64,000 nucleotides of DNA, from the NCBI RefSeq assembly GCF_009914755.1, contig NC_060935.1; one strand, written 5' to 3'. Within the stretch, counting starts at the first letter, position 1, and every line of letters starts with the position of its first letter. Positions 1-17,271 of the stretch are shown in pieces. The stretch comes from the human T2T-CHM13v2.0 reference genome, Homo sapiens. A model generated the notes under the pieces. That model was not told where the DNA came from. It did not search any database and was given only the letters and a program-made list of their open reading frames with translations. Made by a program: the position numbers and the translations under genes.

Positions 1-380
1 CACACTGACTGCTTTGGAAGAAAAGTCACTATGTGTGGCCCACACGTAAAGGGTGGGGAATTTTGCTTCCCTTCTTGAGGACAGGGTATCTACAAACATT
101 ATTTTAACTTCTACAGCATGGGAGATTTGTCTCTTCTCCCCAAATTATTTATCTGTTCAGTCATTAATAACAATACTATCTACTAATACTACTTCATTTG
201 TTTATTCAAACTGGTTTAGTTTTAGCCACTGGGAGCTCTTCAATTTGGTTCCTGCATTCCTTTGACATACTCCTATTACTGTGAATTGGATGTTTGTTTG
301 TGCCTTCCTTACCTTCTGGCACTACAAGATGCTACAGGTTTATCTTGTATATTACCTACCCTAGTCCTAGAATCACCAGT
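1..380 (-). mobile_element. Old L1 (L1MC/L1MD-type) 3' end fragment
   Basis: gggagctcttc...ttctggcactacaagatgctacaggtttatcttgtatatt...cctagaatca matches antisense L1MC/MD 3' UTR. Confidence 0.65.
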
Positions 381-605
381 CTATTAGTTTTTGACACTTG
401 AATCATTTCTAGGTTTTTTTTCACTGTTTCTAGACAAGGCTTCAATGAACATCCTTGAGAACATATAAATGGATGTATCTATCTGATGATTTCATTTGAG
501 CTATAAATGGGCAGAAACTGGAACTTAGACAAGGCTGATGATAGGATTTAGACCAAACCTCCCCCTGTCTAGCAGGTCCATTTGCATTTAAGACTGGGAT
601 TCGTG

Positions 606-957
<352 letters not shown>

Positions 958-1009
958 CTATTTGCATCTAAGATGAGACTTTGAAGGTCTGTATATAAAA
1001 ACAGGTTTT

Positions 1010-1712
1010 AGCTGACCATACCAAATACTGGTGAGGATGTAGAGCAAACAAATGCTCATACATTGCTGGCAGGAATGCAAAATGGTAAAGCCACTTTGGA
1101 AAACAGTTTGTCGGTTACTATAAAGTTAAATATATACACTTTCCATATAATTGGCAATTCAAGCCTCAGATATTTATTCAAAGCAAAAAAAAAAAAACAT
1201 GTCCACCAAAACATGAGTACACGAATATTCATAGCAGCTTTATTTATGACAGCCCCAAAACTGGAACCACTCAAGTGTCCATCAACAGGAGAATGGGTGA
1301 ACAAATTTCAGTATATCCAGGCAATAGAGTACTACTCAGCAATGAAAAGGAATGAACTATCAATACGTGCAACAACATAGAAGAATCTCAAAAAATATGC
1401 TAAGTGAAAAACAGCCAGACATGAAAGAGAACATTCAATATGATGTCATTTATCGAAAATTCTAGAACTGGTAAAACTAATCTATTGAGACAGAAAACAT
1501 ATCAATGCCTGGGATGGGGTGAGGTTGGTGGGGGAGACTGAGCACAAAGGGGCTTAAGGGAACTTTTGGGGAAGATGGGAATGTTCTGTATCTTGAAGTA
1601 GTAGTGGTTAAATGGATTTATACATTTGTTAAAACTCTTTGAACTGTACAGTTAAAATGGGTGAATTTTATTGTGTGTAAATTACAGCTCAATAAAGCTG
1701 ATTAAAAGAAAG
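1010..1712 (+). mobile_element. L1ME/L1MB ORF2 C-terminus and 3' UTR
   Basis: ORF 1063-1380 resembles the L1 ORF2 C-terminus (RIFIAALFMTAPK..KCPSTGEWVNK..EYYSAMKRNE); ends aataaa. Confidence 0.85.
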
Positions 1713-2577
1713 CAGCAACAACAACAAAACCGAGTCCAGATTGCAAAAGAAGAACCCTCAGGACAGAGGAGTAAGCCGGGAGGAATGCACTCACCCTTGG
1801 CAGGTGTTTTCAAGGAAGTGGGGGTGGGGTTCTTCTGTCTCTCTTCCCCACCCTTCCCCACCCAGAGAGTCTGATTCTGATATGTGCCACTCCCCACTCC
1901 TCAACTCACTGCTAAAGAAGAGACAAGCTCCCTCAGGGTGAATCAGACCCAGGTGCAGGGCTTGAGGCTGGGAGATAAGGCAGATTCCAGACACACCTGG
2001 TGTACCCCCCTCTACCCAGCAGCCCTGAGTCTGGAGGTGCCTTGTGGACATCTCTACTTGTTGGGGTGCATGGAAAAGGCTGTAGCATGTTGAGATCCAG
2101 GCAACTTTGTTACAGAACTCTCCCTGGCAGAACTTTACAAAAGTTGGGAGGGGGTGGTCCTCACTGCCTGTACAAACAGGCAGAGGTTGAAACCAAGGCA
2201 ACTTGTGGACTGAAACTGCCTCTGCAAGGGGTGAGCTAAGCTCCTGGCATGACCAGCAACAACATGATAGCTCAAAGAGGCAGCAGCACTTGTGGCTGCA
2301 GATGCCAGCAGGTGCAGGTGGCATGGCAGGAATGGCTCCTTGGAGGCTGCCAGGGAGACCAGGGGATGTGGAATCTGGTCTCAGGGGACATGACTGAATG
2401 TCTCCCTCCACCTGCTGGCAGCAGTGCAGAGCAATGGCAGGGACAAACTTACGGAAACTTCTAGAGGAACCTTGGCAGTGTGAGAGCGCGGGAAATTTGT
2501 AAAAGACTAGACCTGCTGCCAGCCAAGCCGATGAGGGTTCAGAGTCTTGGGAGTTGAGGTATTTATGTAACATAAGC

Positions 2578-2830
2578 TCATTCGTTCTTTGATGAATCTT
2601 TGTTGCCGGCTTACAATGTGCCGGATGCTATTTTAGTCACTGGACATAAAGCAGGGGCAAAACAGAAAAATCCCTGCTATCAGGGGACTCACCTTCTATG
2701 ACAGTTACAGCCTATCATTCCACCTGGAGGCAAGTACTTTGAAGAAAGACAAAAACAGGGAGGGGAGAAGCACTGTAGCTGGGGTGGTCAGGGCTCCTCT
2801 GCGGAGGTAACACTTGAGCCCTTTGTACCC
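2578..2830 (-). mobile_element. L2 fragment
   Basis: cattcgttc...tgtgccggatgct...aaatccctgc, antisense L2 3' end. Confidence 0.6.
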
Positions 2831-3174
2831 ATGGGTTGGGGAGACCTGAAACATATGAGTTATGGGATAAATTCCTAGCAGTGCAATTTCTGGGTCAAAG
2901 AGCATAAATATTTTAAGGCTTTTGATAAATATTGCTAAATTTTTCTCCAGAAAGTTTCCTAGGTTGTCTATTTAAAGAAGAGGGAGAAACGCCATGTTTT
3001 AGGGGTGCTCCAGAGAGTTAAAAAAGTAAATAAAAGTAAATGGGGAGAGGGGCGTCTCCTTTTCCAAGTGCTGTGTCGGAAGGGTTAGTTGAAGTCTACT
3101 TCCCACTCATGTCAGGCCTAAGATTTAGCTAGACATCCTAGTAGCTGAAACATGAGCCAGAAGCTCATCAGCTC

Positions 3175-3350
3175 ATCAGCTCTATGCCGTTTTGGACAAC
3201 TTGGCCTAAGGCTCTTAAGCCTCGGTTTTCTCATCTGTAAAAATGGGCGTTCTAATGATGCTTAGCTCAGAGGGTTGTATAAAGGTTAAACAAGATGATA
3301 TATGTGAGGCTTTTCTCAGAGCACTCGGCACGCACACAGTAAGTGCTGTG
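3175..3350 (+). mobile_element. MIR
   Basis: MIR core gcctcggttttctcatctgtaaaaatggg. Confidence 0.8.
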
Positions 3351-3609
3351 ATTTTTCTTCTGCAAAGTCAGCAGTACTTGGGACTCAGAAGCAGCTCCAG
3401 CACAGGAGCAGTGTGCTCCCACGTGGACACAGAGAGGGAGAGGCTTGCTCCACGCCTGCTTCTAGACTTCAGTCCCTGCAGCTCAATAGTTGCTGCTAAG
3501 ATCTTCTACCTGGCCGAGGTTCCCTACCCAAGTATGAGTGAACCAGATGTTAAAAGACCTCAACATTAAAGGATCCCAAATGTGTATATGTGTGTGTATA
3601 ATAAACTTA

Positions 3610-4623
<1,014 letters not shown>

Positions 4624-4897
4624 CTATAAATACATATGTATGTAAATTTATTTTCTCCTAGGAAGGAACAAGGATTTTTCTGCCCTTCCCTAAGTGAAAC
4701 CAACTGAGCAGAGTTGGCTCAAACTTCTCAAAAAACAATTCACCTCTACACTTAGACCAGATCTGGAATATTGCAGCCCCAAAGTATACCTGTGTGTGTG
4801 TGTGTCTGAAAAGTCACAAGGAATTCAAAACACGGTCAGAGTGAAACAAACCATCATGAGCCTAAACACATTTCAGCTACAGATGTGGCAAGTTTTG

Positions 4898-5140
4898 CTT
4901 TGGTTTTTGGTTCTGGGGTTTGTTTGGGGGTTTTCTGGAGACAGGATCTCACTCGGTTGCCCATGCTGGGGTACAGTGATGTCATCATGGCTCACTGCAG
5001 CCTCCATCTCCTGGGCTCAACCCAGGCTCCCACTGCAGCTTCTCATGTAGCTGGATCTACAGGCATGAGCCACCCTACTGGGCTAATTTTTTGTAGAGAC
5101 CGCGTCTCACTTGGTTGCCCAGGCTGGTCTCGAATTCCTG
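4898..5140 (-). mobile_element. AluJ, 5'-truncated
   Basis: Antisense Alu; TSD tgtggcaagttttg at 4884-4897 and 5146-5159. Confidence 0.9.
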
Positions 5141-5477
5141 TGATGTGTGGCAAGTTTTGATTGTTCACTTGCATCCTTTTAAAAACTAAAATGCATAGAA
5201 CTTTTTGTTTACCTGACACTCGGACATGAAATACTCTGCTGCTGCTCTCTACACTTACTCTACGTTGTACACATCAACTTCTCACATCTACTCTTATTTC
5301 TAGCAGTCCCAAGACCCCCGGACCCAGCAATCACACCTGGCAGATCTTTAAACTTTAAACTTAACACCGAAAAATGTGCCGCCCCCTCATGCTCCTACCT
5401 ACCCCTCCCACCTCAGGGCCAGGCGTCTAGAGCGAGGGCACGCTCATCTGGAAAGCCTGTTTGAGTTGTCAGTGAGA

Positions 5478-5790
5478 GCAACGATCCCCAAATGCTGATC
5501 TGTGAACCAAGTTTCCATCCATTCCTGGTGAGATAAGCCAAGTCAGAACAATATAGTTTTCTGTAAAGCTAAATAAATGCATTTCATTTTTAACTCAAAT
5601 TATGTCCTCTTTATTTTTTGTTTCTTTTGTGGGAAATGTAGTGAAAATAGACTGACATTAGTTGTGTTATTATTGTTTTTTTTTTTTTACTGTTCTTACT
5701 TGGCAAAATAAAAAGTTGGCAAACTTGGACTCCTCGAAATGTATTTTGAGATTTTCGTAGTCTACAAATTCCAAAAGTCTGAGAACCACC
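5478..5790. mobile_element. Old hAT-Charlie-type MER DNA transposon
   Basis: Termini resembling cagtgNttcccaaa...tgagaaccac; similar to the copy at 52580-53310. Confidence 0.5.
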
Positions 5791-5809
5791 CAACAAAGCA
5801 GCCGAGTAC

Positions 5810-6050
5810 ATGAACTGAAGGAAACCCATACGCATTGAGCCCTGCCATGTGCCTGTCGCTATGCCGCGCTCATGCAAGCTGTTTCATGTCATCCTTATAG
5901 CAACTTTCCATTCCAGCAAGCAGATTTTTATTTGATGGATATGGAAAGTGAGGTTTCTGGAGGTTAAGAGACTTGTCCAAGGTCACTCAGCTAGCAAAGG
6001 GCAGTGAAGAGGCTGGGATTTGAACCCAGGCTGCCTGAAACTAGACACAT
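5810..6050 (-). mobile_element. MIR
   Basis: gaggttaagagacttgtccaaggtcactcagctag...gggatttgaacccagg. Confidence 0.85.
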
Positions 6051-6399
6051 TACCCCTCCTCCACCCCCACAATGCCTCTTCCTAAATTACCCCACACAAC
6101 GGGAGATCCAGGAAAACATCTACATTGAAGTGTGTGCAGTGCTTTATTCAGAAGTCACCAGGAATAAATACATTCATAGATCAAGAACAATCCTTCCACC
6201 ACAAACACTAGAGACAGGGAGACAGAGAGAAAGGGAGAGACAGACAGAGAGAGAGACAGAGGAATGAACCGCGGTATTTTGTGGTCCACGCACTTTCAAT
6301 AGACACAATGGCTGAAATGATGAAGGTGTTAAGTGCTGAAAAACTCAGGGACAAGCTGATTCATGATGTGGAGGGGCAGGTCCTGGGCACATTAACTGC

Positions 6400-6720
6400 C
6401 CTCATCAGACACTGAGTCCCTGGAACAGGAACTGGACACGGCACTAGCTGCCTCGTTACCACACAAATGTACAGAAAGTGGCAGCAGACGGAAAAACAAG
6501 AGTGATTAAGGGATGGAAGGATCCATGAGTGAAGATGAAGAAATAATTACGCACAGTTTGGCTAACTCATAAATCAAGGATGATCATTCCATCTACAAAC
6601 ACCAGCAAGGTGAAAAGAATCAAAGAGAAAGATGGGCTATTTAATGTGCATTTAGAAGTAAAACAATGGCTGGAATTAAGAGAGTGCTAAAAGCGGGGAG
6701 TCAGGACAAGCAGATTCACT
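6400..6720 (+). mobile_element. Possible L3/CR1 relic
   Basis: Weak resemblance to the CR1 3' region (aagagtgattaagggatggaag...catctacaaac). Confidence 0.3.
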
Positions 6721-8619
6721 GCAAAAATCACCTCCCTAGAGGAAGGGGCTGGAACCCTGGGAGGCTTGACACACCAATGAGATTGGACAAAACATCAGAA
6801 AAGGCGCAGTGGGGAGGAGGCTGGCTCTGGTCCCCGTGGGAGGATGAGAGGTGACCTGAGTTCCTCTTACTGCTTCCTCACCTCACTCTCCCTCCTCCCC
6901 TTCACCTCACGAAGACAGGATGGCAATTTGAGCAGGAAAACAGTGTCAACAAATATTGCAGGGTGTCATAACATAAGCCCGGCTGGGTTTAATTTGGGGC
7001 TGTAGCAGAGGAGTGCTAATCATCCCCAAGAAACCAGTCCCATGACAGAACCATCCTGGGGACAGAGCAACCCCTCACTGCTTCTCCCCAGGAGCGCTGC
7101 GAGGGATCAGGTGGCCCAAGTTTATTTATCCATAACCAGCGATCAGAGGATTAACTGCTGGGATGAGCACGGCCGCCCTTCACTGCAGGCAAGATGGGGG
7201 CCAGAGTTTTGGCCTCTTCAGCCACTGGAATCATCTTCTGCCTGTGCTCCCACAGTGCCTTTTTGGGAACCCCTGAAGATACCCTCTGGGCTCTGTTGCC
7301 CAGGAGAGGACAGAAGACCAGGGTTTCTGTCGGCTTTCCACTGGGATCAAAACACTTTGTCCAATCTGTGAAGAATGGATTCTTGTCCTGAAACACCTCA
7401 CAAAGGGAAGACAAGAGGCCAAAGTTTCAAATGTAGGTTTAGGAAGATCATAGTGCTTAGAAGGGGATTTGAATGGAGCAGGTGAATGGTAGCTACTTCC
7501 TGTGAAGGCACTGAACCCCACAGAAAAAAACAAAAAGCAGCAGATAGGTGGAAAAACACAAGCTGGTATTAGAGTCAATCTTGTATTATAAGCCCACCGG
7601 GACCTAATTCCAAGTTTCTCACATTGTCATGCACATTATTGGCGCTCCACAAAGGTTCATCATCATGCAATGAAATAAACAAGAATGTGGGAAATAGAAA
7701 GGCTCGATAAAGAATGGGAGACAAAGTGAAAGCGAAGAGCTAAATCAAGCACATGGCATAAATTATAAGCTTATTGAGGGCAGGGAACCTGTCTGCAAAT
7801 TCTGCAAAATTTTCTCCCCTCGGAGCTCCAAGCATTTAAGGGATAAGTGACGCTAGCTAAAAAGTCAAGCATTTTAAAATAGTGACCCCCATGAGGTGTG
7901 TTTCAGCCCTTTTTCAATTTCTCTCTTTGGTCTCTTAGTGATAGTTTTTCCCCTCATAAAACAGGCAGTCCAAGTTTCTAGTCTGACATGCTTCTCAGAA
8001 CTGCCTGTTGGCTTTAAATGAGCTAAAGGGAAGTAATATAATACTGCCGGTTTGGAACATTATGTCCAGCCATTGACGATGCGGCCAAGTGGCCTGACTG
8101 AAGAGTGCTTGAACCCTGGGCTCATCATCTCGGGGCCACCTTCTCACACTTGCATTCATTCACTGGACCAGTAGACATCAAGCACAGAGTGTGAGCAAGT
8201 CACAGTGCTGACTTTTGGAGAAGGCCACAGCACACTAGAAACAGAGGCCCTTGAGGACAGCAGGACTGCAGTGTTCATTTGGGCCTACCCTTCAGTATCT
8301 ACTCGGGAGGAGAAAGATTGCAAGCCACCATTCAAACTAAGTCATCTTACTTAGTCTGAAGGCTCAGAAATGAAGTGAGTGTCAGGGTTCAGAGAGAGGG
8401 AGAAAGACAGACGGCACCGGTCCACAGAATGAGGGAGCGCACCCCAGGGCAGGAAGGGAAAGGCCGTACAGGAAGGACTAAGGAACTCAAAACAAGCCAC
8501 ATGATTTCATTGATTAATCACCCACACACACACATGCACACACACATGGAAGACACAAGGATAAAAGATATAATCCCAGACTCCTAGGGTTATTATGTGC
8601 ACACAAAGGCACAGAAAAA

Positions 8620-9150
<531 letters not shown>

Positions 9151-10144
9151 GGCATGTGTGTAATATCTGTATAGCACAGAGGATGAAAGACTGATTCCAA
9201 GGGGGTGAAGGAGGAAAAGAGAGGAAGAGAGGACAATCTCACCAAGGATTTTATTTCAGTAAAACATAAAAGAGAGAGGAGTTCATGAGAAGAAGAGGGG
9301 TTGAAGACAGAAAAGGTCACAACGTGAGCAAAGGTATGGCCCGAAGGTAAAAGCAGGAAGGAGCAGGGCTGGCACAGGAAACATTAGAGTCAGGTCCAGC
9401 TAGAATTTTCAATGTGTGAGGAAGAGTGTGAATAAAAACACCGATGGGACAAGACTTTGAAGGAACTTAGGCTTGTATGAGGCAGGACTTGGCATTGGAA
9501 AGATGAAAAGAAATTCCTCAATACACACGATTCTTATCTGCAAAACCACCACTGTCTATCTTTTGCATATGCATGACATGCATGTAAAAAAAAAGGCTTA
9601 AGAACATTTTGAAAAAAAAAAAATTTAATCAGTGTCAACTAAGCCAAGAAGAGCTCAGAATTGGGTTGGGTAAACTCAGCTCCACAGATGTTTGAGTGGC
9701 TGCCCCATGCAAACATTGTGCTAAGCCCTAGGGATAGAGGGACAAAAAGATGTGGCTTCTGCCCTCAAGGTAGATCATAGGCTGGCAATCAGGAAGAGCT
9801 TCTCAGACAAAATAAGTTTTGAGCAGGAGAAGAGGGATATGATTGACAATCAGCCAGGCCTCCAGGGGCTTGGCCTCTTCAAGCCTACCATTGAACTGTC
9901 GGGTTGTGTGTGGCCTCCACTGTAGTTGGTACACAGACATCAGAGTGCTGATGTTAGAAGGAAAAGGCCAGAATGGAAAGGCTACTGGGTGACCAGCAGA
10001 GGGAAAAAAGGGCCTTCTAAGTTATAGATAATTAACCTGTGCTTAGCAACAGTGACAAATCCATTAGAGGCATGTCAAGAAATAAAATTGGTCAAGAAAA
10101 TGAGAGGTTAATCTCATCCATTCCACATTAGTGCAGAAATCCTA

Positions 10145-10522
<378 letters not shown>

Positions 10523-11180
10523 TTAATCCTAGGCTTGTAAGGGTGCTTTAACAATAGAAAAGCTATTAATATAATTCACCATATTCATAGATCAAGGAAA
10601 AAAACATATACTTAAAAAGATGCAGAAAAAAAAGCGTTTGCTAAAATTTACCTCCAATTCATAAAGAAACTTCCTATCTCATAAGGAGTTTTTACCAAAA
10701 AAATTACATCATACATCATTCTTCAAGGCGAAATGTTAGAAGTATCCCTTTTAAAATCAGAAACCAGATAAAAATGTCTATATCAACACTTCTTTCCAAC
10801 ATCGTACTCGAGGTCCCATCCAGTACAATAAGAGAAGAAAAGTAAAATATGTAAGTTTTGGAAAGGAAGAAACAAGACTGATATTATTACAGAGAATAAA
10901 ATTGTTTACTTAGAAAACACAAAAGACTTTATAAAGTGCTGGAGTTATTATAATTTTTAAAAGTTTAATGAGGAGGGTGGATAATACAAATCAACTGCAT
11001 TTCTTTACTCCAGGGATAAACACTTAGAATGCATAACTTTAAAAGATGCCAGTTATAAAAGCAACCAAAATTAAGGAATAAACATGATGTAAGACATAGA
11101 AGACCTTTATAAAGAAAAAAATTAACTTTATTGAAAGACATGAAAAAAATTTAAGTAAATGGTCAGATGAGCCACGTTCA

Positions 11181-11479
<299 letters not shown>

Positions 11480-11489
11480 AAAAAGAAAG

Positions 11490-11559
<70 letters not shown>

Positions 11560-11685
11560 AAGAAAGAAAGAAAGAAGAAAGAAAGAGAGAGAGAGAAAGA
11601 AAGAAAAGAAAGAAAGAAAGAAAGAGAAAGAAAGAAGGAAGGAAGGAAGGAAAGAAAGAAAGAAAGGAAGGAAGGAAGGAAGGAA

Positions 11686-11739
<54 letters not shown>

Positions 11740-11776
11740 AAAGGAGAGGAGAGGAGAGGGAAGGGAAAGAAAGAAA
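11480..11776. repeat. Compound (GAAA)n/(GA)n/(GGAA)n polypurine tract
   Basis: About 297 nt containing only A and G on the + strand. Confidence 0.97.
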
Positions 11777-12439
11777 TGATGTCAATTCTCTTCAAATTGA
11801 TCTACAGAGTCAACTGAACTCTAGTTAATATCTCAAGAGGGTTTTCAAGGAACTTGGCAAGCAGCTAATTCTAAAATATATATGGAAGGATGGAGTCCTA
11901 AGAGTAACCAAGTCTTCATGTATAAAAACATAATATAAAGTCATAGTAAGTAATAGAGTGTGGTATAGCTATAGGGACAAACACATTGACAAATGGAATT
12001 GAACAGAATCCCCCAAAGCAGATCTGCACATATATAAAAACCTGATTTATGACAAAGATGGCATCACAGACCACAGGAAAAGAATAGATTATCTAGTAAG
12101 TGGTACCCACAATTTGTTATTCACATGGGGGGAAAGATAGATCCCTATATCATACCGTCTCCAAAAGTAAATTCTGTATAAATTAAAAGCAAAATGTACA
12201 AGTCAAAACTCTAAAACTTTCAGAGAAAATATGGAATTCCTTTATGATGTTGGACAGGTAAAGATTTTCTATACAAGGTACAAAATGTACTAGCCATAAA
12301 ATAAAAGACTGATACAGTATATTAAAAATAAGAACTTCTTTCAAAATACATCTTCAAGAAAGTGAGAAGGCAAGCCACAAAGTGGGAGAAGGTATCTGTA
12401 ATGCATGTAACTGACAAATAAATATATAATCAACCCTTC

Positions 12440-13090
<651 letters not shown>

Positions 13091-13589
13091 TAAACAAACT
13101 CTTACAAATCAATAATAAAATACCAACAGCCCAGTAGAAAAATGAGCAAAAGATTTAAACAGGCATTTCACAAAATAAAAAACACAACTAGTCAATAAAC
13201 ATATAAAAAGATGCTCAAGTTTATTAATAATCAGGGAAATGCAAATAAGACCAAAACTAGATACTATTTTACACCCACCAGATTGGCAAACATTAAGAAT
13301 TCTGACAGTTCTAAGTATTGGCAAGGATGAGGAGCAAAGAAAATTCTTAATACACCTGCTATTGGGAGTATAAAATTGCAGAGCCTCTTTGGAAAACAAT
13401 TTGGGATTATCTTGTAAAGGTAAACATGTGCCTAGCCTATACACCAGTTGATCTGTTCTTAGATGTACAGCCTGAAGCAACGCTACTCAAAGTATGGTCC
13501 TGGTGCTGATATGTGAAGAATCTGCTAGAAATACAGAAAGAGTAAGCATGTAAAAAAGTTCATAGCAACTTGATACTGACACACTATAT

Positions 13590-14450
13590 TTATTTGTTTA
13601 GACATTTAAAACATCATAGTGAAATATCCATAACATAAAATTGACCATTTTAACCATTTTAAGCATACAATTTGGTGACATTAAGTACATTCACATTGTC
13701 ACGCAACCATCGCCACCATGCATCTCTAGAACTTTATCTTCCCAAACTGAAATTACATACTGATATGGTTTGGCTGTGTCCCCACCCAAATCTCATCTTG
13801 AACTATAGTTCTCATAATCCCCACATGTTGTGGGAGGGACCCAGTGGGAGGTAATTGAATCATGGGGGCAGTTACTTCCATGCTGTGCTCGTGATAGTGA
13901 GTGAGTTCTCACGAGATCTGCTGGTTTTATAAAGGGCTTTCCCCTCCCACCACCGCTTGGCTCAGAACTTCTCCTTGCTGCTTCCGTGTAAAGAAGGATG
14001 TGTTTGCTTCTCCTTCCACCATGATTGTAAGTTTCCTGAGGCCTCCCCAGCCATGCTCAACTGTGAGTCAATTAATCTTCTTTCCTTTATAAATTACGCA
14101 GTCTCGGGTATGTCTTTATTAGTAGCGTGAGAACAGACTGATACATGTACCAACAACTTCCCCTTCTCCCAGCCCCTATCAGCCACCATTCTACTTTCTG
14201 TCTCTATGATCTTGACTACTCTAAGTGCTCATATAAGTGGAATCATGTAGCTTTGTCCCTTTGTGACTGGTTGATTTCATTTGGCCTCATGTCCTCAAGG
14301 TTCATCCATGTTGTAGCATGTGTCAGAATTTACTTCCTTTCAAAGGGTGAGTAATATTCTATTGTATGTTTCTACCACATTTTGTTTATCCATTCATCCA
14401 TCAATGGACCCTCGGGTTGCTTCCATATTTTGTCTTTTGTGAAAAACTGC
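13590..14450 (-). mobile_element. L1MB-type 3' end, split by THE1
   Basis: taacataaaattgaccattttaacc...aagtggaatcatgtagc...gttcatccatgttgtagcatgtgtcagaatt. Confidence 0.8.
13761..14145 (+). mobile_element. THE1 (THE1C-like) MaLR solo LTR
   Basis: tgatatggtttggctgtgtccccacccaaatctcatcttg...gactgataca; 5-bp TSD catac/tgtac (CpG decay). Confidence 0.93.
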
Positions 14451-14654
14451 CACACTATATTCATTGGATTATAATTTATGTCTGTTGAATATAATAATTA
14501 AAAATTCAGGTTTATATTTTGTATGTCTTTGAATTCTTAAAATTTCATTTTCCAAGTAGTTAATTTTTGTTGTATTTTACAAAAGTATCAGTCTGTGACA
14601 GATTGGAAAAAATTTTAAAACTCACATAGATAGTTTAAGAAGCACCACCCTAGA

Positions 14655-15105
<451 letters not shown>

Positions 15106-15178
15106 TCTTGAGAAAAATCTTACACATATGTTTCAGGAGCCATGTACAAGGATGTTCCCAGTAGCATTACTGACAAAG

Positions 15179-15182
<4 letters not shown>

Positions 15183-15229
<47 letters not shown>
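15183..15229. repeat. (AC)n microsatellite, ~23 units
   Basis: Perfect AC run. Confidence 0.97.
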
Positions 15230-15233
<4 letters not shown>

Positions 15234-16151
15234 ACACAAACATTCATTGATAGGAGACTATATAAAGAAATTGTGATATATGTACTTAATAGAATATTAC
15301 AGGGACCCAATCAATGTTTATTGAATGAATTAATCAACAGCTGTGAAAATGAAGTACAGCTACACTCGGCAATTTGGAAGAATCTTAGAGATACAATGTG
15401 AAATGCAAAAAGCAAGTCACAGCTACTCTACACTGAAGGAAACCATTTTTATAAATCTAAAAAAGTAAGCCAAACTAAACAATCTATTGTTTAGGGTCCC
15501 ATATGTGTGATGAAACTATCCTAAAAAGCAAGGAAATGATAAACACAAAATCCAGGACAGCAGTTACTTCTGGGAGGTAGGCAGGGGGCGGGATTAGGGA
15601 GGAGTTCACAGGTAGCCAACAGAATTGGAAATGTTATTAAGTTGGGCAGTTTATAAATGTTCATTTTATGATGTATGCTTTGTACTTTGTACTTAGATAT
15701 ATGTTGTATATAGTCGTTTCTCTATCAAGCACTTTTTAAGGATAGAAATGTACTTGATGAAATTGGAGGACAGAGAATTCTACGCACATTGAGCAAACCA
15801 CCTAACTCTTTCATGGATATATCAAAATGTCAATAAAATACGCCCCCACCCCCGGGCTTCTTCCAAGACTGTGAGAAAATAGCTGATAAGCATTTGAGGG
15901 TCCGGTTGAGAAGTGTATCAAGACAAGGTTTCACATTTCCCCTTACGGCATAACTGCCCCACTCTCCTCCTTATACCAGTACCATCAACTCCACCCCACC
16001 CCCGGCTGCTTCCAACAGCCATAGAATGTTCCCCTGCCTCCCTATTGCCAATTGCTTTTAGAATTCTGGGTGGGGGACCTGGGGTGACCAGAGTCCCTCA
16101 GACTACAAACCCCTCAAGCACAGGGGCCAAGCCTTATCCTTCTCTGTATTT

Positions 16152-16548
<397 letters not shown>

Positions 16549-16816
16549 TAAGGAAAGAGTAAGTGACTAACCCCCTAATACTAAGATGCTCCACCGTTTG
16601 TCATTGTGGATGTATGGGATTATTTCAGGCTGTTCTGATCATGATCAAGCCCAAGACAGAGCGATGGGCGTGGCTTCCCCAAAGGTGTTTATGAATCCAA
16701 AATCTGAGAGAGAGAAGACAAGATGAAGTCACAGGTAAAAATGTGGAAGCAATAGGCTCAAAAATAAAAATTAGAAATCTTGGCAATATTTAAAGTTCAA
16801 CTGGACTTACCAGTAA

Positions 16817-17153
<337 letters not shown>

Positions 17154-17271
17154 TCCACTTTCATTTTTATCATAGTGCATCACAGGGCATCCTGAGCACA
17201 GCAGGGTGGTTAGTGGTGTGAAATATGGAGACAGCGCCTGGGTTTGAATCCTGGTTCTTCCACTTACTAGA

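Larger units (their letters stand above)
13478..14650. mobile_element. MER119-like hAT transposon, interrupted at 13590-14450
   Basis: Left end caacgctactcaaagtatggtcc; right end agtttaagaagcacc. Confidence 0.55.

Noticed and set aside
11637-11689. GGAA microsatellite as an EWS-FLI1 enhancer
   Set aside because: Only 4 and 6 consecutive units, short relative to strongly active arrays.
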